The notes beneath the pieces are model-generated. The model saw only the letters and a program-made list of their open reading frames with translations, did no database searches and was not told where the DNA came from. Positions 17,516 to 25,880 of a stretch of DNA of 44,588 nucleotides are shown piece after piece; within the stretch, counting starts at the first letter, position 1; the number at the start of each line of letters is the position of its first letter. This DNA comes from a virus: positions 1 to 44,588 of the IMG/VR virus record IMGVR_UViG_3300036791_000116; one strand, given 5' to 3'. The position numbers and the translations under genes were made by a program.

Positions 17516-17528
17516 GTTTGACTCACAC
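17516..17528. repeat. 13-bp dyad motif copy
   Basis: GTTTGACTCACAC. Contains the tail-fibre stop (17523-17525) and lies 3 nt from ATG 17512. Confidence 0.9.
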
Positions 17529-19367
17529 AGTTGTATTTCCCTCCAATGCCGCCACCCTGGCCCGCAGCGCCTTCAACTCGGCCAGCAGCACCGGCACATA
17601 TTTCGAATAGTCGATACCCCACCAGTCGTCAGGACTAGTAACGTGAGTGACCGCCTGCGGATAAACCTGCACCGCCTGCTGCGCGATCACCCCGCAAGCA
17701 CGCTCGCCGGTGGCTTTCCATTTGAAGTCATAGACTTCGGTGTTGTCGATGATGCTGCCAGCATTGAACGACTTGAAATCTTCCTTTAGCTCACTACTGG
17801 AAGATGTGTTGTATGCCGCGGTGGTCGCGGTAATCGAGATTGAGCCGGACCAGGAACCGCCGCTCTGGGCGAAGGTGTGGACGGTGCCGGCGGAGTTCCG
17901 GTTCCAGTTGGCGTTCCACTGACCGGCACCAGCACTGGAATACAACGTAGCCGAAGTGCCATCGACCTCGAAACCCACCAAAGCGTTGCCATTCCCCGGC
18001 TGGGAACCTGGGTTAGCACCTGCAGCGGCAATGCCGTGGGAGGCTTTCAAGTCACCGTACTGCCGAGTAACGGCTAGCGGCGTGCCAAGCACAGTAGTAC
18101 CATCATCGGCATAGCGAATGATGTTGAAATCAGAACCGGCATTCGAGCCGGTTTCCGCAGTGCTATCACCCAGTATGATCTGCCAACGATTTTTGCCGCC
18201 CTTCTGCCCAGTTAGTGCAGCGGAACTGCCGGCGGCTGCATTGACCACCAGATTGTTGACTATCGCACCCCCGGCAAGCGGCAGATAGCCAGCCGCAGTA
18301 AAAGCTGTAGTGGCAATCTGGGTCGTATTGGTGCCTGGAGCCGCAGTGGGGGCGAGCGGAACGCCTGTGAACGCCGGAGACGCTACCGGAGCGCCACCCG
18401 CGCCAGTAATATCGGCAATAGTCATGACTACATCGCCAATGCGCGCATTCCACGAGGCTACTCCGGTAGTGGATGCCACGACGGCAGCCTGCACGAAGGC
18501 CGTAGTGGCGAGTTGGCCTGTGTTCGTACCGGAAGTAGCAGTAGGAGCAACGGGGATGCCGGTGAAGGCAGGATTAGCTATTGGAGCACCACCAATGCTC
18601 GTAATGTCAGCAAGAGTCATCGTCACGGCACCGTTGCGACCATTCCAGTTTGTCACAATCCCTGCTGACACCAAAGACTGCGCAACCGATTGCACAAATG
18701 CCGTCGTGGCAACTTTTGTCGTACTGTCCGTACTTGGTGCAACTGTCGGAGCCGTAGGCGTACCTGTAAATGCTGGAGATGCCTTTGGCGCCTTCAGACT
18801 AAATGACTCGTCAATCGCCGTCTGGACGTTGGTGGCGACCATCCCGGTAGCTGTATGATCGTATCCAATGGTGGACGCCGTCCCAGGAGCCATGCTATTG
18901 TAGGTGAAGGCCCAATAAACAGCGTCATCATTCATTATTCCGGACGCGTTGCTTGTATGATTGGTAACACAAATACCGTATGTGTTGCGTCCTCCTACAG
19001 TGTCGAACGCCATATCATTGACATGGTACGCCGTATTGTTCAGCCATTGGCCACGCGGCCTAAGTGATAGTTGAATTGCTGTCCAATACGACGGATGGGC
19101 TGCCCTATCCTGCGCAAACGTTGTTGGCACAACAGCACTCGTATGTAGCTGCGCGCACAGCCATGTCGTAGCGTCTGCACCATCAATAGCTAAATTCCCA
19201 ACCACGTAGTTGTAGTTGTTCGCCCATAGCGTCGCGCCCGTCGTTTGCGACTGCCCATACAATGCCAGATCGATCGCATCGAACGAGTCCCAAACGCCTT
19301 GAATCCAAGGCTCAGACAGGAAGTCGGTCTTCGGGAGCCGAAAGTATTTGGTATATGTGAGTGTCAT
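17523..19367 (-). CDS. tail fibre with C-terminal intramolecular-chaperone (peptidase S74-like) domain
   Basis: Three copies of the (S/N)PAFTG-P-APT...ATTAFV tail-fibre repeat. C-terminus: SSELKEDFKSF...YDFKWK...GVIAQQAVQVYP...LLAELKALRARVAALE. The TGA stop lies inside a motif copy. Confidence 0.85.
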   Translation of the reverse strand: MTLTYTKYFRLPKTDFLSEPWIQGVWDSFDAIDLALYGQSQTTGATLWANNYNYVVGNLAIDGADATTWLCAQLHTSAVVPTTFAQDRAAHPSYWTAIQLSLRPRGQWLNNTAYHVNDMAFDTVGGRNTYGICVTNHTSNASGIMNDDAVYWAFTYNSMAPGTASTIGYDHTATGMVATNVQTAIDESFSLKAPKASPAFTGTPTAPTVAPSTDSTTKVATTAFVQSVAQSLVSAGIVTNWNGRNGAVTMTLADITSIGGAPIANPAFTGIPVAPTATSGTNTGQLATTAFVQAAVVASTTGVASWNARIGDVVMTIADITGAGGAPVASPAFTGVPLAPTAAPGTNTTQIATTAFTAAGYLPLAGGAIVNNLVVNAAAGSSAALTGQKGGKNRWQIILGDSTAETGSNAGSDFNIIRYADDGTTVLGTPLAVTRQYGDLKASHGIAAAGANPGSQPGNGNALVGFEVDGTSATLYSSAGAGQWNANWNRNSAGTVHTFAQSGGSWSGSISITATTAAYNTSSSSELKEDFKSFNAGSIIDNTEVYDFKWKATGERACGVIAQQAVQVYPQAVTHVTSPDDWWGIDYSKYVPVLLAELKALRARVAALEGNTTV

Positions 19368-19381
19368 GGCTCACTGCCCCT

Positions 19382-19394
19382 GTTTGAGTCAAAC
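19382..19394. repeat. 13-bp dyad motif copy
   Basis: GTTTGAGTCAAAC, between the stop at 19401 and tail-fibre ATG 19367. Confidence 0.9.
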
Positions 19395-19400
19395 GATGGG

Positions 19401-21218
19401 TTACCTTTTGTACTTGCCACGCGAATAAAGGAACGAAGCACTTATAATCTGTAGCGGTTTGCTCGCCGTTCCGATGAATCGCAGCTTCAAGAGCTTAAAC
19501 TTGGCCGGATAGCCCCACAGACGGGGGTCATCCGCGCGTCTGCCACCACCCATTGGACCGTCATTGTACCCAGCGCCGAGTGTGCCACCGCCAGTAAACG
19601 GCACAGATAATGCAGGACCGAATCTCACAACGCCATTATCGTCCTTATACATTCCATCCACGTATGCTTCCGCAGTAAACTCCGCAGAGCCCACTGTTCC
19701 CACGCTGATGAAGCGCAAATGCTTCGACTTCATTGGGTCTTTGCCACTCAGCCATGGCAATTCCATCTCGAATGTAATCGGTATGCCGGTATATAACAGC
19801 CACCAAGTTGGATTGGCTGCGATATCGTTCGCAATGCTTGTCGTTCCACTTGTATGGGGAACTTGACACGTGTACGTCACATTACCGACCGTATCGCGGA
19901 TAAGCTGTCCTACAGTAAAAGCTGTGCTAACAGTCCAATTCGCATCGCGGTCGTTCATAAGGTCGGCGTTGTAATTCTCCCCGACGAATACAGGATTACC
20001 GTGCTGATAAATCCTCGTGCCGAACGCATAGAATATACGTCCCAAAAATGAAGCACATGCGCATGTCCACAACTTCGGAAAGTTGTATTCGGACCACGAG
20101 CTATAATGCAGATTCTCGCTACCTGTATGCACAAACGCACGTCCCGATGGATTGAACAAGATGGTATCGTGCCAAAGCGGATCGTGAACCATGAAGCAGT
20201 TGTTCTGTTGTTGTAGGTCAGTCAAATTGCCTGTTATGTTGCGATAAAACGGCTCGATGCGATCGCTTACATGGTCGCTAGTGATCGCACCGCTGAACAG
20301 ATTGCGCTTGGCGTCACTAAATCCATCGAGTCCAGAGAATATCAAATCATGCTCGACTGGCGTAACGCATCGATGTCCCAGCAGGCCGAATTTGGGCATT
20401 GTGTCGGGAAATTGAGGCTTGTGGATGCCATTGCTATCGTAGTTGCCAAGCTGCACGAGTAGCGACTGGCCTTGGAAGAACACGATAAGGTAACTGCGAA
20501 AGCCTGCTAGGCCACGAATAGCTACCGCACCCTCTGGAGAATAGGCACCAACGTCGATGGAGATACTATCATTGGGAGCAGCATCACCTGGAAAGACGCC
20601 AGAAGTGCCAACCGCCGATATGTAAATGGTCGTTGGTAAGTTTACAATGCCGGCAATACAATGGTAGTTCTGCGCAACGCATCCGTACTTGCCTATTGGC
20701 GTGTTTACGTTGCTACCCACTGCCAAGTCCTGCAAGTAGTCGAACTTGTAGTTCTTGTCTATAACAATCGGCTTATCTGTCCCATTGTGAATAATCAGTG
20801 TATCCTTGAACGGCACAAAGCTCACCGCGACGTAGGCGCTGCCCCATCCGGCTGGATTCCCTGGAAGCGCACCAGCAATCGTGCTGTTCCAGCCAGCAGC
20901 AACAACACCTGTAGGCGTCACTGTCGCTATCTGGCCAGAGTTCATGACAACAACTATGCGGCCATTGAAATAGAACATATCCATGACAGTGCCGGTTACG
21001 ACACTCTTCACATCCGCGAACCAATTGCTACCGAAGCGCACCTGCTGACCACCTGATGGCGTGCGTCGGAAGTTCTTCAACGTCATAGAGTATTTCGGCT
21101 CCATGGTGAAATCGTCATCCACAGAGTTCAATCCGCCACCAAAGCCCCTGAGTGACAGACTCAGAAGCTCCGATTTCGGTGTCTTGCCCGAAAAGCTCTT
21201 AGGAAACAGCAATCCCAT
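19401..21218 (-). CDS. tail tubular protein B-like / nozzle protein (605 aa)
   Basis: The call rests on position only: after the adaptor-like gene and before the tail fibre. Large, beta-rich sequence. AGGTGA precedes the ATG. Confidence 0.45.
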   Translation of the reverse strand: MGLLFPKSFSGKTPKSELLSLSLRGFGGGLNSVDDDFTMEPKYSMTLKNFRRTPSGGQQVRFGSNWFADVKSVVTGTVMDMFYFNGRIVVVMNSGQIATVTPTGVVAAGWNSTIAGALPGNPAGWGSAYVAVSFVPFKDTLIIHNGTDKPIVIDKNYKFDYLQDLAVGSNVNTPIGKYGCVAQNYHCIAGIVNLPTTIYISAVGTSGVFPGDAAPNDSISIDVGAYSPEGAVAIRGLAGFRSYLIVFFQGQSLLVQLGNYDSNGIHKPQFPDTMPKFGLLGHRCVTPVEHDLIFSGLDGFSDAKRNLFSGAITSDHVSDRIEPFYRNITGNLTDLQQQNNCFMVHDPLWHDTILFNPSGRAFVHTGSENLHYSSWSEYNFPKLWTCACASFLGRIFYAFGTRIYQHGNPVFVGENYNADLMNDRDANWTVSTAFTVGQLIRDTVGNVTYTCQVPHTSGTTSIANDIAANPTWWLLYTGIPITFEMELPWLSGKDPMKSKHLRFISVGTVGSAEFTAEAYVDGMYKDDNGVVRFGPALSVPFTGGGTLGAGYNDGPMGGGRRADDPRLWGYPAKFKLLKLRFIGTASKPLQIISASFLYSRGKYKR

Positions 21219-21227
21219 GCGTCACCT

Positions 21228-21240
21228 GTCTGAGTCAAAC
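21228..21240. repeat. 13-bp dyad motif copy
   Basis: GTCTGAGTCAAAC. Contains the stop of the 21235 gene and lies 9 nt from ATG 21218. Confidence 0.9.
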
Positions 21241-21930
21241 ACCAGTGCCGACAAGCCATTCGTTTGGAATACCGGATCGACCGCCAGAGCCAAAAGATAT
21301 CTCGTGCGATGCAAATTGTGCCAGAATGTCTTTGTAGCGCATTTCCATCATATTCTTTGCCATGTCCGCAGCGGCGGCATTCAGATCATCCGTGGATAGC
21401 GTCGCCCATGCCGTCCCATACACAAGCATATCGCGATCCATGTAAAACGTATCCTGCCAGTCCCAGGCATCGTTCTGCACAGGATAGAACTTCGCGAACA
21501 CATTGATTTTGCCTGTGGAGGTCTTCGGCATCACGAAAATGCGCTTCGTTGCATACAAAGGATTTAGCACGTTTAGAGCATTCCAGTACAACGGCCCCGA
21601 TCCTGACGACATATCAGGCTGAAACGGACTAATGCCACGCGGCGCAAGGGTCAGGTTCGTAAACGAGCCATCCCTACGCACCGCAATAATGTCTTCAAAG
21701 TCTTGCACATTCACTAACTCATCAGTTGTCACCGTCCCTGTAACTCCATCGAGCGTCAATTGCAACCAGTCACAATAGTTGCGCCAGTTGTATTTCTTGA
21801 ACAGCATGTTGAACGCACGAATCGCATCAGCGAACATGCGATCGTCCGAATACATCTGCACGCCTGGACCGGAAACCTCTCCGATCAATTCCTGAGCGTC
21901 ATCAACTATGTGCCGAATGGTCGCAGACAT
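21235..21930 (-). CDS. tail tubular protein A / adaptor-like protein (231 aa)
   Basis: Listed as 21235..21969. Preferred ATG 21930 (TAATG overlap, GAGGAG 8 nt upstream). N-terminal IVDDAQELIGE...AIRAFNMLFKKYNWRN loosely follows the T7 gp11 N-terminal pattern. Confidence 0.45.
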   Translation of the reverse strand: MSATIRHIVDDAQELIGEVSGPGVQMYSDDRMFADAIRAFNMLFKKYNWRNYCDWLQLTLDGVTGTVTTDELVNVQDFEDIIAVRRDGSFTNLTLAPRGISPFQPDMSSGSGPLYWNALNVLNPLYATKRIFVMPKTSTGKINVFAKFYPVQNDAWDWQDTFYMDRDMLVYGTAWATLSTDDLNAAAADMAKNMMEMRYKDILAQFASHEISFGSGGRSGIPNEWLVGTGV

Positions 21931-22124
21931 TATTTCATCTCCTCGATTCTCTGACGTACCTTCACACAAGGATCAACAACGCCTACGAACTTGCCATCGA
22001 CGGTAAATATGAGACAGTGCAACTCCCTCGATACATGATCGGTGCCACGCGGAGAGCGGATCGAGGCCACTTCTGTCGGATTGACTGCTACATACTGACC
22101 AGATGGGCCTGTAAATAGCAGCAT
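21930..22124 (-). CDS. hypothetical protein (64 aa)
   Basis: Listed as 21930..22205. Start 22124 is preferred because it leaves motif 22143-22155 intergenic. The SD is weak. Confidence 0.4.
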   Translation of the reverse strand: MLLFTGPSGQYVAVNPTEVASIRSPRGTDHVSRELHCLIFTVDGKFVGVVDPCVKVRQRIEEMK

Positions 22125-22142
22125 TTCGATCACCGTGGCCTC

Positions 22143-22155
22143 GTTTGAGTCACAC
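22143..22155. repeat. 13-bp dyad motif copy
   Basis: GTTTGAGTCACAC, between the stop at 22159 and ATG 22124. Confidence 0.9.
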
Positions 22156-22158
22156 AGG

Positions 22159-22869
22159 CTAACTGGTGAACTGTTGGATACCAAGAAATCCACCGTTGCC
22201 AGCAACGTTCACGCTATTGTCACCGAACATATCCACGTCGATTCTGGATACGCCGTCCAGCGTCATAAGCGGTTGATACGTCCCACGTGGATCACCAGAG
22301 ACGTTCGTGGCAGGGTCGGTCAGATCGGGCAGCGTGAATACCGCTGGGATCGTGATCGACGATTGCGGAACCAAGACGCCGGCCTCGTGTGCAAACGCAA
22401 TCACGCCCTTATACGGTAGTCCGAGTCCGTTACCGGTGCCGATCGATATGGTGATCGCATTCGTAGACGGCGTAACGGTCCTCACCGAGATGACACGATA
22501 GAATGCCTTCTTGCCTGCGATCGCCGTTGCGCCACCGGACGCGCCTGTAATCCTCTCGACCATAGGCTGACCGATATAGTCCTGCCCAACGACTTCGAGA
22601 ATGTTGGCATTGCCGGGAGCGGCCGACGGCGTAACGGTAATCGTGCGACCGTAAGTCGAGTCCGCAACACCAACGACAGATAACGCAGCAACGCTACCGG
22701 CCACACCGTTCGCCGCCATACCGACCGCAAACTTCGTCGGATTGGCAAGTCCGGGTGTGCCAAGCGAGAAGTTCTGCGGTTCGAGATCGATCATGTCAGA
22801 CGAATACTGCATCGCCTTGACATAATTGTTGATACCCTGCTGACTGAATCTCCTATCTCTCGCGGTCAT
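22159..22869 (-). CDS. structural protein (236 aa), function unknown
   Basis: ATGA overlap with the upstream gene. Gly/Ala/Thr-rich, beta-type sequence downstream of the capsid gene. Confidence 0.65.
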   Translation of the reverse strand: MTARDRRFSQQGINNYVKAMQYSSDMIDLEPQNFSLGTPGLANPTKFAVGMAANGVAGSVAALSVVGVADSTYGRTITVTPSAAPGNANILEVVGQDYIGQPMVERITGASGGATAIAGKKAFYRVISVRTVTPSTNAITISIGTGNGLGLPYKGVIAFAHEAGVLVPQSSITIPAVFTLPDLTDPATNVSGDPRGTYQPLMTLDGVSRIDVDMFGDNSVNVAGNGGFLGIQQFTS

Positions 22870-23300
22870 GCTACCTCCTTGTCTGCGACCTGTTCTGGCA
22901 TCAACTGCGGGCCAGTCTTCGCACAGGCCATCTGAATGACCATGGTTTCCATGTCGATCATGGCACCGGCACGTGCATCGGCGTCCTGTGCCATCATTAC
23001 CCGACCCAATGGACTATTCGGATCGGAGAGCCCTTCGAGATTGATAATCCGAGGCTTCATGTGGAGGTTGTAATGCTGCAGAAGCTGTCTCGTCGGAATG
23101 CGAACGACATGCCCACGAGGAAAGTACACCATGTACCCTGCCGCTTCCTCGACCATCTCCTTCTTCCACTCGAACTGGTCACGCTGCTTTGCGTTACCCT
23201 TCCGAGCGAGCACGAGGCGACATTTCTCGCGCTTGACGGTTCCTTGCAACTCACGCACGACGTATGCCAATCGCGCGCCTATCATATTTGCCGTGAGCAT
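22866..23300 (-). CDS. hypothetical protein (144 aa)
   Basis: AGGAGG lies 6 nt upstream of the ATG. Confidence 0.65.
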   Translation of the reverse strand: MLTANMIGARLAYVVRELQGTVKREKCRLVLARKGNAKQRDQFEWKKEMVEEAAGYMVYFPRGHVVRIPTRQLLQHYNLHMKPRIINLEGLSDPNSPLGRVMMAQDADARAGAMIDMETMVIQMACAKTGPQLMPEQVADKEVA

Positions 23301-23315
23301 GTCGAGCCTCCTGCG

Positions 23316-23765
23316 CTAGACCTTGGGCGACTTGGGCGGCTTGGGTTGCGTTGTTTGAGACGATGGCGTTGGGACCGGACTATCTGGCGTTACAATGCCA
23401 ACCGTAACCCAGCCCTTCTCGGCAGTCCAGCCGGTCTTCCACTCAATCACCGCATCGTCCTCCGGCGGATCGACCGGGGGCTGATCCGGAGGGATGAATA
23501 TGGGATGCGCCGGATGACCCGGAGACGGCCAAATGCCAGGGGGAGGCTGCGGCAGGCCCTGATCGGGACGACCCGGTGAAGGCCAGATGCCGGGAGGCTG
23601 ACCACCGGGTGCGATGGGATGCGTTGGGAAACCCGGTCCCTGCGACGGACCACCGCCGGGCGCAATGGGATGCGAAGGAAACCCAGGCGAACCTCCGGGT
23701 GCAATCGGATGGGACGGCTGCGCGCCGGAGTCAACAATCGTAATGTAGGCAAGAAAGGTATTCAT
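23316..23765 (-). CDS. Pro-rich repeat protein (149 aa), possible capsid-associated protein
   Basis: Junction order is motif, then AGGAG, then ATG. 3x FP(S/T)HPIAPGG and 2x PPGIWPSPG(R/H)P repeats. Lies immediately after the capsid gene. Confidence 0.65.
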   Translation of the reverse strand: MNTFLAYITIVDSGAQPSHPIAPGGSPGFPSHPIAPGGGPSQGPGFPTHPIAPGGQPPGIWPSPGRPDQGLPQPPPGIWPSPGHPAHPIFIPPDQPPVDPPEDDAVIEWKTGWTAEKGWVTVGIVTPDSPVPTPSSQTTQPKPPKSPKV

Positions 23766-23777
23766 GCTGCTTCTCCT

Positions 23778-23790
23778 GTTTGAGTCAAAC
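23778..23790. repeat. 13-bp dyad motif copy
   Basis: GTTTGAGTCAAAC, between the capsid stop and the SD of 23765. A half-site CTTGACTCGC lies at 23797-23806. Confidence 0.9.
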
Positions 23791-23809
23791 GGAATGCTTG
23801 ACTCGCGGC

Positions 23810-24778
23810 TCAGTTGGTAAGAAAGGCGTGCGTCCTGTAGTTACGCCATGTGCAAAGCTGTCCTTCCCACACGACGCGCCGGCCGGTTGCATCCATTGAC
23901 CACGGAGCGACTAGTTGCTTGATCTTCATGTTGACGCCACGCAGCACGTGCAGCGTCATATATCCGTCGTTGACGAAATACGCCTGATTAGCATTGAGTT
24001 TCTCGTCAAACAGTAATGGAATACCGTTGTGCGTGGTTCCGACAATCCCCAGATTGACAAGTTTTTTGCCAGTTCCGGTAGCGTCGAGATCGATATGCTG
24101 CTTGTCCCGTGCGGCACCCTTGTGCATCCGGTAGATATTGCGTCCTGCAAAGATGACAGTAGGCTGCGGAGAGCTTTGGCCGTCGGTTGACCGATTGAGG
24201 TCAAGTTCTGTGATATCATCGAACGCCTCCTCGATGTTCTCCGGCGTCAGCGTGCCTGTGAAGTCGTAGGACGATGTGCGCCACTGGCTCTCGCTCGCCA
24301 TGCTGATACCGCCGACCGACCCACTGGTAGGATCGACCGGAATGAGATTGCCAAGACCATTCGGGTCGGTTCCAGCGCCGACACTCGTATGGTACGTGGC
24401 GAACTGCCGTGAGATCGATTCATCAAGGGCCATGATCTTGCCCTTGATGATCTTGAAGATCGCCGCCCGACCTTGGTTTTCGTCCTCTTCCTGATCGGAG
24501 ATAATCAGCGATCCGACGACTCGTGACATGAAGTGATTGACTGTCACAAATTCGTTCGTCTGGTTCACCGGCACAGTGTCGTAATACTGCATCGATGTCA
24601 CATTCGGATTGAGGCCGGTAATCAGCGGATTGCTAATCTGCGGACCACCATCCTCGACCACCACACGCTTTTTCGCATGTAGGTACGCACTGACGGTACC
24701 TGAGATCGCAGAAGCCATAATGAGCTTGGCGCGACTGCGAGTCAGCATCGCATTGACAACTGTGTCAAGAGTAGCCAT
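23810..24778 (-). CDS. major capsid protein (322 aa)
   Basis: Gene order is portal, scaffold, then this gene. Size is typical of HK97-fold podovirus capsid proteins. GGAG precedes the ATG. Confidence 0.7.
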   Translation of the reverse strand: MATLDTVVNAMLTRSRAKLIMASAISGTVSAYLHAKKRVVVEDGGPQISNPLITGLNPNVTSMQYYDTVPVNQTNEFVTVNHFMSRVVGSLIISDQEEDENQGRAAIFKIIKGKIMALDESISRQFATYHTSVGAGTDPNGLGNLIPVDPTSGSVGGISMASESQWRTSSYDFTGTLTPENIEEAFDDITELDLNRSTDGQSSPQPTVIFAGRNIYRMHKGAARDKQHIDLDATGTGKKLVNLGIVGTTHNGIPLLFDEKLNANQAYFVNDGYMTLHVLRGVNMKIKQLVAPWSMDATGRRVVWEGQLCTWRNYRTHAFLTN

Positions 24779-24793
24779 CGATCAAACTCCGTG

Positions 24794-24806
24794 GTTTGAC
24801 TCAAAC
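24794..24806. repeat. 13-bp dyad motif copy
   Basis: GTTTGACTCAAAC. Contains the scaffold stop (24801-24803), upstream of capsid ATG 24778. Confidence 0.9.
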
Positions 24807-25871
24807 ACCCAGGGAATCCAATGTCTCCTTGAGTATTGCGTCGTACGATTGCCCTATAGGCGCCATGCCGTTCGCCTGTACGAACTGTGGCTGTCCACGC
24901 CCGGTTGGTAGATTTCGTCTCGCCTGTCTCACCTGCCCATTACCATTGCCGGTCATGCGCATGTGGTTCAACTGTATTCTGGCCCACACTTCGCTCATGC
25001 TCATATGCTGAAACTGTGGTTGACTGAGCACTGCGTGAAAGATGGGTATGTACTCCCGCGCTGCGGGGTTCGCGATGAAGAAGCCGTTAACCTCACGCTC
25101 TGTTTCCTGATACACACGCTGGGCCGTTTCTTGCTGCGCAGCTTGATACTGCTCGGCCTGCATCCGTTGTTGCAGTGGGGTCAGCGCCCCTCTGATCTCG
25201 TTCTGAACCATACCCATCAGGGCCTGCGAGTCCACACCGCCGGGCGCAATGCCAATCCGCGTCACGTCCACGCCGGCGGCCGCAGCCATCGTCAACAGCT
25301 TTTTGAGCGTCGCCACTGGATCGCGCTTCGCCTCGGCCGCAAGCTGCATTGCCTGAATCGATTCGCCATCGTTCAAACCGAGACGCGCGGCTGCCGTATT
25401 CCGGTCATTGAGTTGCGCCGTGAGCCCCTCGATACGCTGGTGGAACTGCTGCCCTAGCTCAATCGCCCGTGTTAGACGCGATGACAAGTCCTGCGATCGC
25501 GCCTGCTCCGTTGCTAGCTCTCGCCGACTGCGCTGCGTCTCTTGATACATACGGGCCTCGAAGCCCGCCTTGGCAACGACCTTGCCATCGGCACCGACAA
25601 GGTTCCCGCGCTGGTCGGCCTGAACCTCGGCACCACGAGGCAGCGGCCTTTGCTGCTGTTGCCCAGGTTGCTGACGCTGCGGAGCCCTCGCCTCTTCGCG
25701 TCCCTGCTCTCCGTGTGACTCAAACGACTGACCTTCGTCACCGCCGGATTCATACGACTCCGACTCTCCTCCCTCTTCTCCACCGATATCCGACTCGTCC
25801 ATACCAAGGTTGTCCAGCACCATATCCATGGCGCTCTCTGAACCACCGTCCAGGTTCCTGTCTTCTGACAT
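24801..25871 (-). CDS. scaffolding protein (356 aa)
   Basis: Lies between portal and capsid. Acidic N-terminus and Gln/Glu/Arg-rich predicted coiled coil. The TGA stop lies inside a motif copy. Confidence 0.65.
   Translation of the reverse strand: MSEDRNLDGGSESAMDMVLDNLGMDESDIGGEEGGESESYESGGDEGQSFESHGEQGREEARAPQRQQPGQQQQRPLPRGAEVQADQRGNLVGADGKVVAKAGFEARMYQETQRSRRELATEQARSQDLSSRLTRAIELGQQFHQRIEGLTAQLNDRNTAAARLGLNDGESIQAMQLAAEAKRDPVATLKKLLTMAAAAGVDVTRIGIAPGGVDSQALMGMVQNEIRGALTPLQQRMQAEQYQAAQQETAQRVYQETEREVNGFFIANPAAREYIPIFHAVLSQPQFQHMSMSEVWARIQLNHMRMTGNGNGQVRQARRNLPTGRGQPQFVQANGMAPIGQSYDAILKETLDSLGV
25713..25725. repeat. 13-bp dyad motif copy
   Basis: GTGTGACTCAAAC, inside the scaffold CDS (FESH). 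Confidence 0.9.
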
Positions 25872-25880
25872 AGTACGCTC

